From Thermoanaerobaculia bacterium (lineage in GTDB: Bacteria; Acidobacteriota; Thermoanaerobaculia; Multivoradales; JAGPDF01): a stretch of 64,000 nucleotides of DNA. This document shows, piece by piece, positions 20,592-30,851 of the stretch (position 1 is the first letter of the stretch; every line of letters starts with the position of its first letter). Below the pieces are notes generated by a model. The model was not told the origin of the DNA. It worked only from the letters and a program-made list of their open reading frames with translations, and did no database searches. The stretch is from contig CAVQJN010000002.1 in assembly GCA_963712855.1 (NCBI GenBank), forward strand, positions 1,881,282-1,945,281, read 5' to 3'. Position numbers and translations under genes: made by a program.

Positions 20592-21381
20592 GAATCCGCC
20601 TCAGGCCGATCAGAGTCAGTAGCGGCTCGACGCGTCGGATGTATTTCGATCCCCGCGCGACGAGACTTGCTTGCCCTCCCGTCGCGACCACGGCCTCCAG
20701 CTTCGGCTCCTCGGCCACCAGGCGCTCGAGAATGCCGTCGACGAGGCTCACGTATCCGAAGTAGATTCCCGCCTGCATCGCTTCCGCGGTGTTACGCCCC
20801 ACCAGATGCGCAGGTGGCTGCAGATCGACCCGATAGAGGCGCGACGCGTGGGCGAATAGCGCCTCGGCAGAGATCAAGAGTCCCGGGGCGATGATGCCGC
20901 CGATGTATTCGCCTTTCGGATTCACCACGTCGAACGTCGTCGCCGTACCGAAATCGACCACCACCACCGGCGCTCCGAAGAGCTCGCGCGCCGCGAGGGC
21001 GTTGACGATGCGGTCCGCACCGACTTCGGCTGGATTGTCATAGCGGATCGGCATGCCCGTCCGAATGCCCGGCTCGACGAACATCGGACGCTGGCCAAAG
21101 AAGTCCTCCGCCAAGCGTGAAATGGTCTCACGCAACGGAGGAACGACCGACGCGACGATGACGGATGACACCGCCGTCGGCTCGAGGCCATCCCGTTCCA
21201 GCAGCGTGCACAGCATCGCGCCGTACTCGTCACTGGTCCGGTCGGTATCCGTCGAGAGACGGTAGCTCTCGAGGAGGTGATCTCCGTGCCAGAGACCGAA
21301 AACCGTATTGGTGTTTCCGGCATCGATCGCCAACAGAAGATCGCCGGACGCCGCCGAAACCTCCCGTTTACGGGTCACCAT
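20569..21381 (-). CDS. coaX: Type III pantothenate kinase
   Basis: LLAIDAGNTNTVFGLW N-terminus and ...VVVDFGTATTFDVV motif. Confidence 0.85.
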   Translation of the reverse strand: MVTRKREVSAASGDLLLAIDAGNTNTVFGLWHGDHLLESYRLSTDTDRTSDEYGAMLCTLLERDGLEPTAVSSVIVASVVPPLRETISRLAEDFFGQRPMFVEPGIRTGMPIRYDNPAEVGADRIVNALAARELFGAPVVVVDFGTATTFDVVNPKGEYIGGIIAPGLLISAEALFAHASRLYRVDLQPPAHLVGRNTAEAMQAGIYFGYVSLVDGILERLVAEEPKLEAVVATGGQASLVARGSKYIRRVEPLLTLIGLRRIHELNRGT

Positions 21382-22172
21382 GCGAAGACCTCTCCCGACG
21401 CCAGGATTCGCTCTCCTTCCGGCGTGTCGAGACGTAGAAATCCGCGCTCGTCAAAACCGGCGAACCGGCCCACGAGTCGTTCCCCCTCGAGGTCGCAGAC
21501 GAGCTGATCTCCCGCGCGATGGGTCGCCAACTCCCGATACCGAGAAAGCCAGTCCTGGCTCATGGCCTCGAGCTCGCCGGCGAGCTTCGAGGCGAGGATC
21601 ACGGCCAGTCCGCCGAGGGTCGGGATCTTGCCCTCCCCGACCATATCCCTGAGGCTCGTCGCCGCGGCCGGTTCCGGAGGAGACAGCGGCGGTTCGAGAT
21701 TGACTCCGAAGCCCACCACCACTCCGACCCGCTCTTGCTCGCGCGCGATGACGTCCACGAGAATCCCCCCGAGCTTGCGATGTCCCGCCACCAAATCGTT
21801 GGGCCACTTGAGCCGGACGCCCTGCACCACCGTCGCCAATCCCTCCGCGAGCGCCGTCGCGGCCCGCATGGGCACGGTCGCGACCTCCGACGATGGCATC
21901 ACCAGGATGAGGCTCGCCCACAGACCTCGTCCGGCACCGCTCACCCAGGGTCGCCCTCGGCGACCGCGTCCCGAAGTCTGCTCGAGCGCGACCATGAAGC
22001 AAGGGCGGATCTCCTCGTCCTCCGCCGCGAGGTGGTCGATCAACAAACGGGAAAAATGCTGGGTCGAGTCGAGTCGATCGACCACCAGCAGCGGGATCTC
22101 GAGCAAGCGACGCGGCCACTCCGCGGCCACCTCGGCAGGCGTCGCTACGCGGAAAGCCGGGGAGCGGCTCAT
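21375..22172 (-). CDS. birA: Biotin--[acetyl-CoA-carboxylase] ligase
   Basis: QTSGRGRRGRPW biotin-protein ligase motif. It lies upstream of coaX, the conserved birA-coaX pair. Confidence 0.8.
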   Translation of the reverse strand: MSRSPAFRVATPAEVAAEWPRRLLEIPLLVVDRLDSTQHFSRLLIDHLAAEDEEIRPCFMVALEQTSGRGRRGRPWVSGAGRGLWASLILVMPSSEVATVPMRAATALAEGLATVVQGVRLKWPNDLVAGHRKLGGILVDVIAREQERVGVVVGFGVNLEPPLSPPEPAAATSLRDMVGEGKIPTLGGLAVILASKLAGELEAMSQDWLSRYRELATHRAGDQLVCDLEGERLVGRFAGFDERGFLRLDTPEGERILASGEVFAW

Positions 22173-24886
22173 CCGTCGCCGATCTCCGCCGCGCCAAGCG
22201 TCTCGCGGAGCGCGCGCTCTTGAGCCTCGAGCTCGGCGAGCTGGCGCCGCGCTCCTTCCACCACCGCCTCGGGCGCTTTGGCGAGGAATCCAGGATTGTC
22301 CAGCCGCGCCCGCACCCGCGCGATGTTCGCTTCCACCTCGCTCAGCTGCCGGTTCACCCTCTCGAAATCCACCGAAACCTCTTCAAGGTCGGGAAAGAGG
22401 ATCGCTACATCGGTTGTACCGATTCGGTGACGCGTGCTGCCCTCTGGAATCTCGGTATCCCCTTCGAGCTCCTCGAAGCCCGCAAGGATTCTCAAAAGGA
22501 CATCGAGAGTGGAGTTCCACTGACTGTCTGGACTGTCGAGGTCGTTACCCTCAATGAAAAGCTTTGCTCGCTTGAGCTGAGCACGGCGTTCCGGGGCCGC
22601 CGCCTCTTGATCCGCGCGAGCGCCGCGCATCCAGGTGACGATCTGCTGAAAGTAGTCGACCCTCTGGTAGTCGCGCTCAGCGAGCTCCCAGCCCTTCTCC
22701 GGTCGCGGGTAAGGAGCGAGGCAGATCGTGTCCGGATGGATGCGGTCGTGCCCCGGCAGCCTCTGCCAGAGCTCCTCGGTGAGGTGGGGCATGACGGGAT
22801 GCAGCAAGCGAAGCGCACGGTCGAGCACTGTGACCAGAACGTCGGCGACCCCGGGTCGCGACGATTCGGCGGCCAACCCCGGCTTCGACATCTCCACGTA
22901 CCAGTCGCAATAATCGCTCCAGAAGAACTGGTAGAGCTCATGGCAGGCGAGATCGAAGCGAAAGTCTTCGAGGTGAACCTCGACGATCCGCGCGGTTTCG
23001 GAAAGTCGAGCCAGAATCCAACGCTCCGGTAGCTCCAACGCCGTCGAATCGATCGCGTCCCGTACCTGGCCACCCTCCGCCTTCAGCAGGACGAACCGGG
23101 TGGCATTCCAGATCTTGTTGCCGAACGCTCGATAGCCCGCCATGCGCGAGGCATCGAGCGGAATGTCCCGACCGGGCGAGTCGAGTTGAGCGAGGGTGAA
23201 TCGCATCGCGTCGGCGCCATACTCCGCGATGAGCTCCTCCGGATCGAGGACATTCCCCTTGGTCTTCGACATCTTCTGTCCCTCGGCGTCACGGACCAGT
23301 CCGGTCAGGTGCACCTTGCCGAACGGACTCTCGCCGGTCAGATGGAGACCCATCATCACCATGCGAGCGACCCAGAAGAACAGGATGTCGAACCCGGTGA
23401 TCAGTACCGAGGTCGGGTAGAAGGTTCGATAGTCCGGCGTCGCTTCTGGCCAGCCCAACGTCGAGAACGGCCAAAGTCCCGAGGAAAACCAGGTATCCAG
23501 AACGTCCGGGTCCCGGGTGAGCCGATCCGTGCCCGCCAGCCGAGCCGCCTCGTCGGCGTCGTGCGCCACGAAGATATTGCCCCGCTCGTCGTACCAAGCG
23601 GGGATCTGGTGCCCCCACCAGAGTTGACGGGAGATACACCACGGGCGAATGTTCGCGAGCCAGTGCTCCCAGGTCTTGCCCCAGGATTCCGGGATGAACG
23701 AGAGGCGCCCCTCCCGCCATGCCGCCAGCCCCAACTCGGCCATCTCGTCGACATTGCAGAACCACTGCGTGGAGACCAGAGGCTCGACCCTCACGCCGCT
23801 TCTCTGACAGAAGCCCACGTTGTGGACGTAATCCTCCTCGCGCACCAGGTGACCCGAGGCACGCAGCTGATCGACCAGCCTGGCTCGCCCTTCATCGACG
23901 CTGAGCCCCGCATAGCCTTCTCCCGCGGCCGCCGTCATCCTTCCCCTCCGGTCGATGACCTGAATGCCGAGAAGCGAGTGGCGTCGCGCGATCTCGAAGT
24001 CGGCCGGGTCGTGGAAGGGCGTCACCTTGACGAGCCCGGTGCCGAACTCCTGCTCCACGGCCTCGTCCGCGACAAAGGGAATCTCCCGGCCGACGATCGG
24101 GATCACGGCCCGACGTCCGGCGAGGCCCGCGAAGCGCTCGTCGCCCGGGTGATAGGCCAACGCCGTGTCGCCCAGCATCGTCTCGGGTCGGGTCGTGGCG
24201 ACCACCACCTTCTCGTCGCCGCCCTTCACGTCGTAGGAGATGTGCCAGAGCTTGTCGCGCACCGAGCGCATCTCGACTTCGAGGTCAGAGATCGCGGTGT
24301 CGAGGCCGGGTGACCAGTTGACCAGGTACTCGCCGCGATAGATCTTCCCTTCCCGATAGAGGCGAACGAAGGCCTCGCTCACCGCGCGGGACATTCCCGG
24401 GTCGAGCGTGAATCTCTCCCGCGAGAAGTCGCAGGAAGATCCCATGGCGACGAGCTGCCGACGAATGTTGCCCTGGTAGCGGTCCTTCCACGTCCACATG
24501 CGTTCGAGGAACCGTTCGCGTCCGAGCTCGACGCGACCGAGACCCTCGGCGGCGAGCTCGCGCTCGACCATGAGCTGAGTCGCGATCCCGGCATGGTCGG
24601 TCCCTGGCAACCAGAGCGCGTTATAACCCTGCATGCGCCGCCAACGCGTCAGCAGGTCCTGGAGGGTCGATTGCAGGGCGTGACCCATATGCAGCTTCCC
24701 GGTCACGTTCGGGGGGGGAATCATGATGCAGAAGCTGGGACGCGACGACTCCGTCTCGGCGCGGAACCAACCTCGTTCCGCCCACTCCCTCTGCCATTTG
24801 CTCTCGTAGCTCTGCGGGTCGAAGCGTGATTCCAACCGGCTCTCCGTCGGAAATCTGGGTCCCTGAAAGGCGCCCGCAGGCGCCAA
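22169..24886 (-). CDS. valS: Valine--tRNA ligase
   Basis: PPPNVTGKLHMGHAL (HIGH) and KMSKTKGN (KMSKS) motifs, 905 aa, and a C-terminal coiled coil. Confidence 0.95.
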   Translation of the reverse strand: MAPAGAFQGPRFPTESRLESRFDPQSYESKWQREWAERGWFRAETESSRPSFCIMIPPPNVTGKLHMGHALQSTLQDLLTRWRRMQGYNALWLPGTDHAGIATQLMVERELAAEGLGRVELGRERFLERMWTWKDRYQGNIRRQLVAMGSSCDFSRERFTLDPGMSRAVSEAFVRLYREGKIYRGEYLVNWSPGLDTAISDLEVEMRSVRDKLWHISYDVKGGDEKVVVATTRPETMLGDTALAYHPGDERFAGLAGRRAVIPIVGREIPFVADEAVEQEFGTGLVKVTPFHDPADFEIARRHSLLGIQVIDRRGRMTAAAGEGYAGLSVDEGRARLVDQLRASGHLVREEDYVHNVGFCQRSGVRVEPLVSTQWFCNVDEMAELGLAAWREGRLSFIPESWGKTWEHWLANIRPWCISRQLWWGHQIPAWYDERGNIFVAHDADEAARLAGTDRLTRDPDVLDTWFSSGLWPFSTLGWPEATPDYRTFYPTSVLITGFDILFFWVARMVMMGLHLTGESPFGKVHLTGLVRDAEGQKMSKTKGNVLDPEELIAEYGADAMRFTLAQLDSPGRDIPLDASRMAGYRAFGNKIWNATRFVLLKAEGGQVRDAIDSTALELPERWILARLSETARIVEVHLEDFRFDLACHELYQFFWSDYCDWYVEMSKPGLAAESSRPGVADVLVTVLDRALRLLHPVMPHLTEELWQRLPGHDRIHPDTICLAPYPRPEKGWELAERDYQRVDYFQQIVTWMRGARADQEAAAPERRAQLKRAKLFIEGNDLDSPDSQWNSTLDVLLRILAGFEELEGDTEIPEGSTRHRIGTTDVAILFPDLEEVSVDFERVNRQLSEVEANIARVRARLDNPGFLAKAPEAVVEGARRQLAELEAQERALRETLGAAEIGDG

Positions 24887-24913
24887 GCCGGCGGACGATG
24901 ATCGCGAGGTGGC

Positions 24914-25849
24914 CTACTCTACCGAGGCTTCGAGCTCGCGGATCCGCGCCTTGAGGAGCACCTCCGCGAGATCCGGCACCACTTCCCAAGCGACTTCTCG
25001 AATCGGCCGGTCTCCCAAAAGCTCGACGACGCGACGCGCGATCCGATCCACATCATCTTCCGATAACGGCCCGGCCTGAGCCGAGGTCGCGGCGGCTTCG
25101 GGGCCCGCTTCCTCCCCGGCGCCCGCCGGTTCGACCGCAGGCGGCTCGGTGAAAGCCACCTCGGTCATCGAAGCCGGAACCGTCACGTCGACGTCGGCTC
25201 CGCTGAGCACATCGAAACTCGCCGACGTGTCGATCCGAGGGAGCGCTTCGAGCGGCGCCTCCGCAACTTCAGGCGCAACTTCAGGTGTCGACTCGTCGGC
25301 CTGCTCCGGCGCGGCGACTTCTTCCTCGACCGGCTCGAATCCCCAGGAGGACCCACCGGCGGCCCCATCACCGGCATCACCAGCCGGCTCCGGCTGCGGC
25401 TCGGTCGGAGACGCCGTGTCCACCGTCGCGCCGAGAGGCATCGACCAGCTCGGTTCAGGATCCGCGATCGGCTGCGCGGACTCACTTGCGCCTTCCAAGA
25501 GCTCCTTGACGCGTCGCAACAGCTCTTGGGAGTCGAACGGCTTCTTCATGTGTCCGGCGGCGCCGACCTCGGCCGCCCTGTCGGCGTCGAAGAGTTCGAA
25601 CGTTCCGACCAAGAGGAGAACCGGCGTCGACGGCGCCGCCTGCTTCACCGCCGAGCACACCTCGTAGCCATCGGCACCCGGCATATGCACGTCCGCGAGC
25701 ACGATGTCCGGCTGAGTCTCGGCCAGCCGAGTCATCGCGTCGGTACCATTGCCGAAGGCGACGACGCGAAAGTCCTCATCGAGAAAAGTCAGTTCGACGA
25801 CCTTCTGGATCGTCACGCTGTCGTCGGCCAGCAAAATCGTCCGAGTCAT
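24914..25849 (-). CDS. Orphan response-regulator receiver (REC) protein with an acidic/Pro-rich linker and a conserved ~45-aa C-terminal motif of unknown function
   Basis: ILLADDSVTIQKVV...DIVLADVHMPGADGYEV...MKKPF is a CheY-like fold. It is followed by roughly 140 aa of low-complexity E/P/A sequence and then LSEDDVDRIARRVVELLGDRPIREVAWEVVPDLAEVLLKARIRELE. Confidence 0.7.
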   Translation of the reverse strand: MTRTILLADDSVTIQKVVELTFLDEDFRVVAFGNGTDAMTRLAETQPDIVLADVHMPGADGYEVCSAVKQAAPSTPVLLLVGTFELFDADRAAEVGAAGHMKKPFDSQELLRRVKELLEGASESAQPIADPEPSWSMPLGATVDTASPTEPQPEPAGDAGDGAAGGSSWGFEPVEEEVAAPEQADESTPEVAPEVAEAPLEALPRIDTSASFDVLSGADVDVTVPASMTEVAFTEPPAVEPAGAGEEAGPEAAATSAQAGPLSEDDVDRIARRVVELLGDRPIREVAWEVVPDLAEVLLKARIRELEASVE

Positions 25850-25866
25850 CGCTCCTCCGTCGCCGG

Positions 25867-26268
25867 CTACGCCGCTTCGAGTCGGCGGTTCAGATAGTCG
25901 ATGATTGCCACCGTCGAGGTGCCCGGCAGGAAGATCTCGTCCACGCCGACCGCCTTGAGCGGCGCGATATCCCGTTCCGGGATGATCCCGCCCGCGAAGA
26001 CCAGAATGTCACCCGCACCGGCCTCGCGGAGCAGGCGGGTCACTTCGGGCAACAGGCGGTTGTGCGCTCCGGAGAGGATCGAGAGTCCCACCGCGTCGAC
26101 GTCCTCCTGCACGGCCGCGGACGCGATCTGTTCGGGCGTCTGGCGAAGCCCCGTGTAGATCACCTCGAAACCCGCATCACGCAGTGCGCGCGCAACGACC
26201 TTGGCTCCCCTGTCGTGACCGTCCAGCCCAGGTTTCGCGACCAGAATCCGGAACTTGCGCGCGCTCAT
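25867..26268 (-). CDS. Methylmalonyl-CoA-mutase-family B12-binding subunit (small subunit or C-terminal domain)
   Basis: [21 protein letters not shown] carries the DxHxxG cobalamin-binding motif. 133 aa. Confidence 0.85.
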   Translation of the reverse strand: MSARKFRILVAKPGLDGHDRGAKVVARALRDAGFEVIYTGLRQTPEQIASAAVQEDVDAVGLSILSGAHNRLLPEVTRLLREAGAGDILVFAGGIIPERDIAPLKAVGVDEIFLPGTSTVAIIDYLNRRLEAA

Positions 26269-26328
26269 CGACCGAGGATTCTAGCAGTAGACGGCTCGCC
26301 CGCGACTTCCGCCCCTCGGACGCCGGAA

Positions 26329-26826
26329 TCAGGAAAAGCCACGCCAGTAGACCAGGTCGGTCGAGGCGGGCGCATAGCCGAGCTGCCGGAGCTGGGAAAC
26401 GACCTGCCCCCGATGGTAAGTGGCGTGGTTCACGAAGTGGAAGAGCACCTGCCGAAAGGGCGCCGTGTGATTCTCGCCACGGCTATTCATCCACGTGAAA
26501 TCGGCTCCGATCTGGTCTTCCGTCAAGGAGGCGAGGAAGAACTCGAGCTGGGGCCAGAAATCGTCCCAGCTCGCTCTCAGAATCTCGAGGCTCGGAAAGT
26601 CCTCGATGGAGGGAAGGCCACCCAGAGGAACGCCGAGAAAGCGGGACAGCCAGAGCTGCTCCGCTCCCAGGATGTGGGCCAGCGTGCCGAGCACCGAGCC
26701 GTGACCCGCTCCGGTCTCGCGGACCAAGTCTTCGGCCGTCGCCGTCGCCGCGCCGTCCAGCAGCTGCCGGTCGGCCCACATCGTGTAGGCGAGGAGACTT
26801 TTCAGCGAGCGATCGAGCTCCGCCAT
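26329..26826 (-). CDS. DinB/YfiT-like (DinB_2 superfamily) metal-dependent protein
   Basis: Start taken at the internal MAELDRSLKSLLAYTMWADRQLL. The product has the HILGAEQLW...HATYHRGQVV His triad pattern of the DinB fold. Sequence upstream of this ATG in the track ORF is non-coding-like. Confidence 0.6.
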   Translation of the reverse strand: MAELDRSLKSLLAYTMWADRQLLDGAATATAEDLVRETGAGHGSVLGTLAHILGAEQLWLSRFLGVPLGGLPSIEDFPSLEILRASWDDFWPQLEFFLASLTEDQIGADFTWMNSRGENHTAPFRQVLFHFVNHATYHRGQVVSQLRQLGYAPASTDLVYWRGFS

Positions 26827-26833
26827 GGCGTTC

Positions 26834-28582
26834 TCAGAAGACGGCAGGCTCTTCCCAGGTGCCAAAGACGTCACGCAGAGCATCCGAGATCTCGCCGACC
26901 GTGCAGTAGGCCCGCACGCAGTCGAGGATGAGTGGCATCGTGTTGGCGTCGCCATTCGCACCCGACTTGAGGGCGTCGAGGCAACGCACCACGGCGCCCG
27001 AGTCGCGGCGGGCCCGCACTCCCTCCAGATCCGCAGCCTGCCCGGCACCGACCGACTCGTCGATGTAGAGCGTCTCGGGAGGCTCTTCCCCCTCGAGCTC
27101 GAAGGCATTCACCCCCACGATGAGCTTGTCCTTCCTCTCGACGGCCCGCTGAAAGGCGAAAGCGGCATCCATGACCTCGCGTTGAGGATAGCCCGCTTCG
27201 ATCGCTTCGACCATGCCGCCAAACGAATCGATCTTGCCGATGTAGTCGTAGGCGCCATCCACCATTCGGCGTGTCATCTCCTCGATGAACCAGCTTCCAC
27301 CGAGCGGGTCGATCGTGTTGATGACCCCCGACTCGTGGGCGATGATCTGCTGAGTGCGGAGCGCGATGCGCGCGCTCTCCTCGGTGGGCAGAGCGAACGT
27401 CTCGTCGAGCGAATTCGTATGCAACGACTGCGTCCCGCCAAGTACCGCGGCGAGCGCCTGGATCGTGGTCCGCACGACATTGTTGATCGGCTGTTGAGCA
27501 GTCAACGAGCAGCCGGCCGTCTGGGTGTGGAAACGGCACATCCACGAGCGCGGACTCGTGGCGCCGAAGCGCTCCCGCATGACTGTCGCCCACACCTTGC
27601 GTGCGGCGCGGAACTTCGCGATCTCCTCCAAGAAATCATTGTGACTGTTGAAGAAGAAAGAGAGCCGTGGGGCAAATGCATCCACATCCAGACCGGCCCG
27701 CACTCCGTATTCCACGTATTCCATCCCGTCCCGCAGCGTGAAAGCCAACTCCTGGAGCGCGGTCGAGCCCGCCTCTCGGATGTGGTAGCCCGAGATCGAG
27801 ATCGTGTTCCATCGCGGCACCCGCTCGGCCGCGAACGCAAACTGATCCGTGATCAGTCGCATCGAGGGTCGCGGCGGGAAGATGTACTCCTTCTGAGCGA
27901 TGTACTCCTTGAGAATGTCGTTCTGGAGCGTGCCCGAGACCTTGCGGGCGATGTCGACGCCCTGCTGCTCGGCGACCGCCAGGTACATGGCGAAAAGGAT
28001 CGGCGCGGTCGAGTTGATGGTCATCGACGTCGTGACATCGCCCAGCGGGATGCCGGCGAAGAGCGTCTCCATGTCCGCCAGCGAGTCGATCGCCACCCCA
28101 CATTTGCCGACTTCGCCAATCGCCATCGGATGATCGGAGTCGTACCCGTATAGGGTCGGCAGATCGAACGCCACCGAGAGCCCCGTCTGGCCTTGTGCGA
28201 GTAGGAACTTGAAGCGTTGATTCGTGTCGCGCGCTGAACCGAAGCCGGCGAACTGCCGCATCGTCCACAACTTGCCCCGATAACCGGTGGGGTGGACGCC
28301 GCGCACGTAGGGGAACTCACCCGGCACTCCGATCTCGGACGTCGGGTCGAGCCCCGAGACCTGATCCGCGGTCACGAGCTCCGGCACATCCATGCCGGAT
28401 ACGGTCGTGAAATCCTTCTTCCAGGGCGGTCGTGCCGTCCGGGCCTGCGCCGCTTCCCGCTCCCAGCGCTGGCGCCCTTCCTCCGCTCTGCGTTCGACCG
28501 AGCGATCGAGCGTCGAGACGCTCTCCGCCGGCCGAGTCGCGCCGTCAACCGGCTTCGGGGGTTCCTTCACCGCCATGGACAT
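26834..28582 (-). CDS. Methylmalonyl-CoA-mutase-family catalytic (TIM-barrel, substrate-binding) subunit
   Basis: [26 protein letters not shown]...[11 protein letters not shown]...[21 protein letters not shown]. 582 aa with no B12 domain, matching a split large subunit. Confidence 0.9.
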   Translation of the reverse strand: MSMAVKEPPKPVDGATRPAESVSTLDRSVERRAEEGRQRWEREAAQARTARPPWKKDFTTVSGMDVPELVTADQVSGLDPTSEIGVPGEFPYVRGVHPTGYRGKLWTMRQFAGFGSARDTNQRFKFLLAQGQTGLSVAFDLPTLYGYDSDHPMAIGEVGKCGVAIDSLADMETLFAGIPLGDVTTSMTINSTAPILFAMYLAVAEQQGVDIARKVSGTLQNDILKEYIAQKEYIFPPRPSMRLITDQFAFAAERVPRWNTISISGYHIREAGSTALQELAFTLRDGMEYVEYGVRAGLDVDAFAPRLSFFFNSHNDFLEEIAKFRAARKVWATVMRERFGATSPRSWMCRFHTQTAGCSLTAQQPINNVVRTTIQALAAVLGGTQSLHTNSLDETFALPTEESARIALRTQQIIAHESGVINTIDPLGGSWFIEEMTRRMVDGAYDYIGKIDSFGGMVEAIEAGYPQREVMDAAFAFQRAVERKDKLIVGVNAFELEGEEPPETLYIDESVGAGQAADLEGVRARRDSGAVVRCLDALKSGANGDANTMPLILDCVRAYCTVGEISDALRDVFGTWEEPAVF

Positions 28583-28674
28583 TTCCTCCTTCGACCCGCC
28601 ACTTGGTCACCGAGTATAAGACGCGACGCCATGGAGCGCTGCGCATCGAGTCGACGTGGGCAGGTGATGCGGCC

Positions 28675-29589
28675 CTATGCCCGAGGGACCGCGTCGATCT
28701 TGACTCGCAGGCCTCTCAATGTCCCGCGAAACTTCGCCACGACCGCCCTCGAATTACCGCGCATCAGCTCCCGGACGAATGCCGCCGGGAAAGCCACCAG
28801 GCTCCAGAGAGCCCAACTCAGCCATCCTCCGAAGCCGGCGAACTTGCGCACGAAAATCGCGGTCGATCGCCCGGTTCGAAACGTACGACTCGGCACATAG
28901 CCGCCGGTGGTCGGAGAGACCATGTGCCAGAGCTGGGCGCGGGGCGCGTACCAGCAGGTCCAACCCGCTCGCTTCACCCTCTGGCAGAAGTCCGCGTCCT
29001 CCACCGAAACCCCGTAGACGGGATCCCAGAGCCCGGCTTCTCTCATGGCGGCGGCGCGGATCAACATGCAGGCACCGTTCACATAGCCGACCTGGCACTC
29101 GAGATCGAACTGCCCGTGGTCGATCTCGCCCATCCCTCTCTCTCGAGTGACGGACTCGCGAAAGCGCACTTCGCCGCCGGCCGACCAGATCCGATTCCTC
29201 TCTCCGAAATAGTAGTAGCACTTCGGACCGACGCATCCCGCCCGCGGCTCGGCCTCTGCCAGGCGGATCAGCTCCGCCACCATGTCGGGTGCCACCTCGA
29301 TGTCATTGTTCATCGCCATCAGGTAGTCGTACCCTTCATCGAGCCCGACCCGGAATCCCAGGTTCAACCCGCCCGAGATTCCAAGATTCACCTCGGTGCG
29401 CAGTCGACGAACCGTCGGGAAGCGCTCCGCGACCGCCGCGCTCGAACCGTCTTTCGAGCCATTGTCCACCATCAGGAGATCGAGGTTCGACCCCTTCGAA
29501 AGGAGGAGGCTGTCCAGGGTCCGCAGGGTGATCTCCCGGCCGTCGTAGTTCAGCACGACGCCGAGCACCCGCGGTCCGGACGGGCTCAT
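28675..29589 (-). CDS. Family 2 glycosyltransferase
   Basis: Start taken at MSPSGPRVLGVVLNYDG. The product has the LMVDNGSKDGS and NNDIEV (DxD-like) motifs. Confidence 0.75.
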   Translation of the reverse strand: MSPSGPRVLGVVLNYDGREITLRTLDSLLLSKGSNLDLLMVDNGSKDGSSAAVAERFPTVRRLRTEVNLGISGGLNLGFRVGLDEGYDYLMAMNNDIEVAPDMVAELIRLAEAEPRAGCVGPKCYYYFGERNRIWSAGGEVRFRESVTRERGMGEIDHGQFDLECQVGYVNGACMLIRAAAMREAGLWDPVYGVSVEDADFCQRVKRAGWTCWYAPRAQLWHMVSPTTGGYVPSRTFRTGRSTAIFVRKFAGFGGWLSWALWSLVAFPAAFVRELMRGNSRAVVAKFRGTLRGLRVKIDAVPRA

Positions 29590-29600
29590 CGTGCCGGTTC

Positions 29601-30746
29601 TCACGCGTCGAGGAGGTGGCGAGCGATCACCAACCGCTGCATCTCGCTCGTCCCTTCGTAGATCGTCGTCACTCGTACGTCGCGGTACAGCCGTGCGATC
29701 TCGTAGTCCTCGCAAAACCCGTTACCGCCGTGGACTTGGAGGGCATCCCAGCAGGCGCGGTTGGCGGCTTCGGACGCATAGGCCTTGGCCTCCGAGGCGA
29801 GCCTTCCGGCATCGCGACCGGTCGACCCGAGAGCCGCCGCGTGGCAGAGAGCGCGCGCGGCGGCGAGCTCCGTCGCCATTCGCGCCAAGGTGAACCGCAC
29901 CGCCTGATGCTGCGCGATCGCGACCCCGAACTGGACCCGATCGCGGGCATAGGAAATGGCGAGCTCGAGCGCCCGCTGATGGATGCCCACCGCCTGCGCT
30001 GCGATCCCCAGTCGAGAATGATCGAGCGTGGCGAGAGCGATCTTGAATCCCTGACCGACTTCTCCGAGCAGATTCCCGGCGGGAATGCGGCACCCCTGCA
30101 GGGAAATCGCGGCGGTTCGGGAGGCGCGCAACCCGAGTTTGTCCTCCTCCGCACCCACTTCGAAACCCGGCGCGTCGGAGGGCACCACGAAAGCGCTGAT
30201 GCCGCGCTTCCCTGCCGCTGGATCCGTCTTCGCGAAAGTGACGAAGTACCTCCCCACTCCCGCATTGGTGATCCAAGCCTTCTCGCCATCGAGAACCCAA
30301 TGCTCGCCGTCGAGACGCGCCGTCGCTTGCATCGAGGCTGCGTCGCTTCCGGAGCCCGGCTCGGTCAGGCCGAATCCACCGAGAGCTCCTTCCGCAGCCA
30401 GCTCCGGGAGCACCCGCCCCTGCAGAGACGGGCTCCCGAAGTGAACGATCGGCCAGCAGCAGACCGAGTTCGTCACGCTCAAGGTCACCGCGACAGACGG
30501 GCAAACCCGCGCGATCTCCTCGACACAGAGGCAATACGTCAGCGCGTCCTGACCTGCGCCTCCGAGCTCCTCGGGAACCAACATCCCCAAGAGACCGAGC
30601 TCCGCCAACTCCGGTACGAGCTCCTTCGGAAAGCGATGATTCCGGTCGCGCTCTCGGACACCGGGACGAATCCGCTCCTCGGCAAATCGACGAACCTCTC
30701 GCGTCAAGAGCTCCTGCTCCTCGGAGACTGAGAAATCGATCGTCAT
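29601..30746 (-). CDS. Acyl-CoA dehydrogenase
   Basis: 381 aa, with ...CLTEPGSGSDAASM... and a C-terminal YEGTSEMQRLVIAR motif. Confidence 0.85.
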   Translation of the reverse strand: MTIDFSVSEEQELLTREVRRFAEERIRPGVRERDRNHRFPKELVPELAELGLLGMLVPEELGGAGQDALTYCLCVEEIARVCPSVAVTLSVTNSVCCWPIVHFGSPSLQGRVLPELAAEGALGGFGLTEPGSGSDAASMQATARLDGEHWVLDGEKAWITNAGVGRYFVTFAKTDPAAGKRGISAFVVPSDAPGFEVGAEEDKLGLRASRTAAISLQGCRIPAGNLLGEVGQGFKIALATLDHSRLGIAAQAVGIHQRALELAISYARDRVQFGVAIAQHQAVRFTLARMATELAAARALCHAAALGSTGRDAGRLASEAKAYASEAANRACWDALQVHGGNGFCEDYEIARLYRDVRVTTIYEGTSEMQRLVIARHLLDA

Positions 30747-30851
30747 CTCTTGGTGTCTTCCCGGCTCCGCCTCACGACGGTCAGCAGCTCCCCCCGCGGT
30801 CGAATGGGTTCGATCCAGCCGTCGCCCGACCGCCTTCGAGCCATTTCTTCG

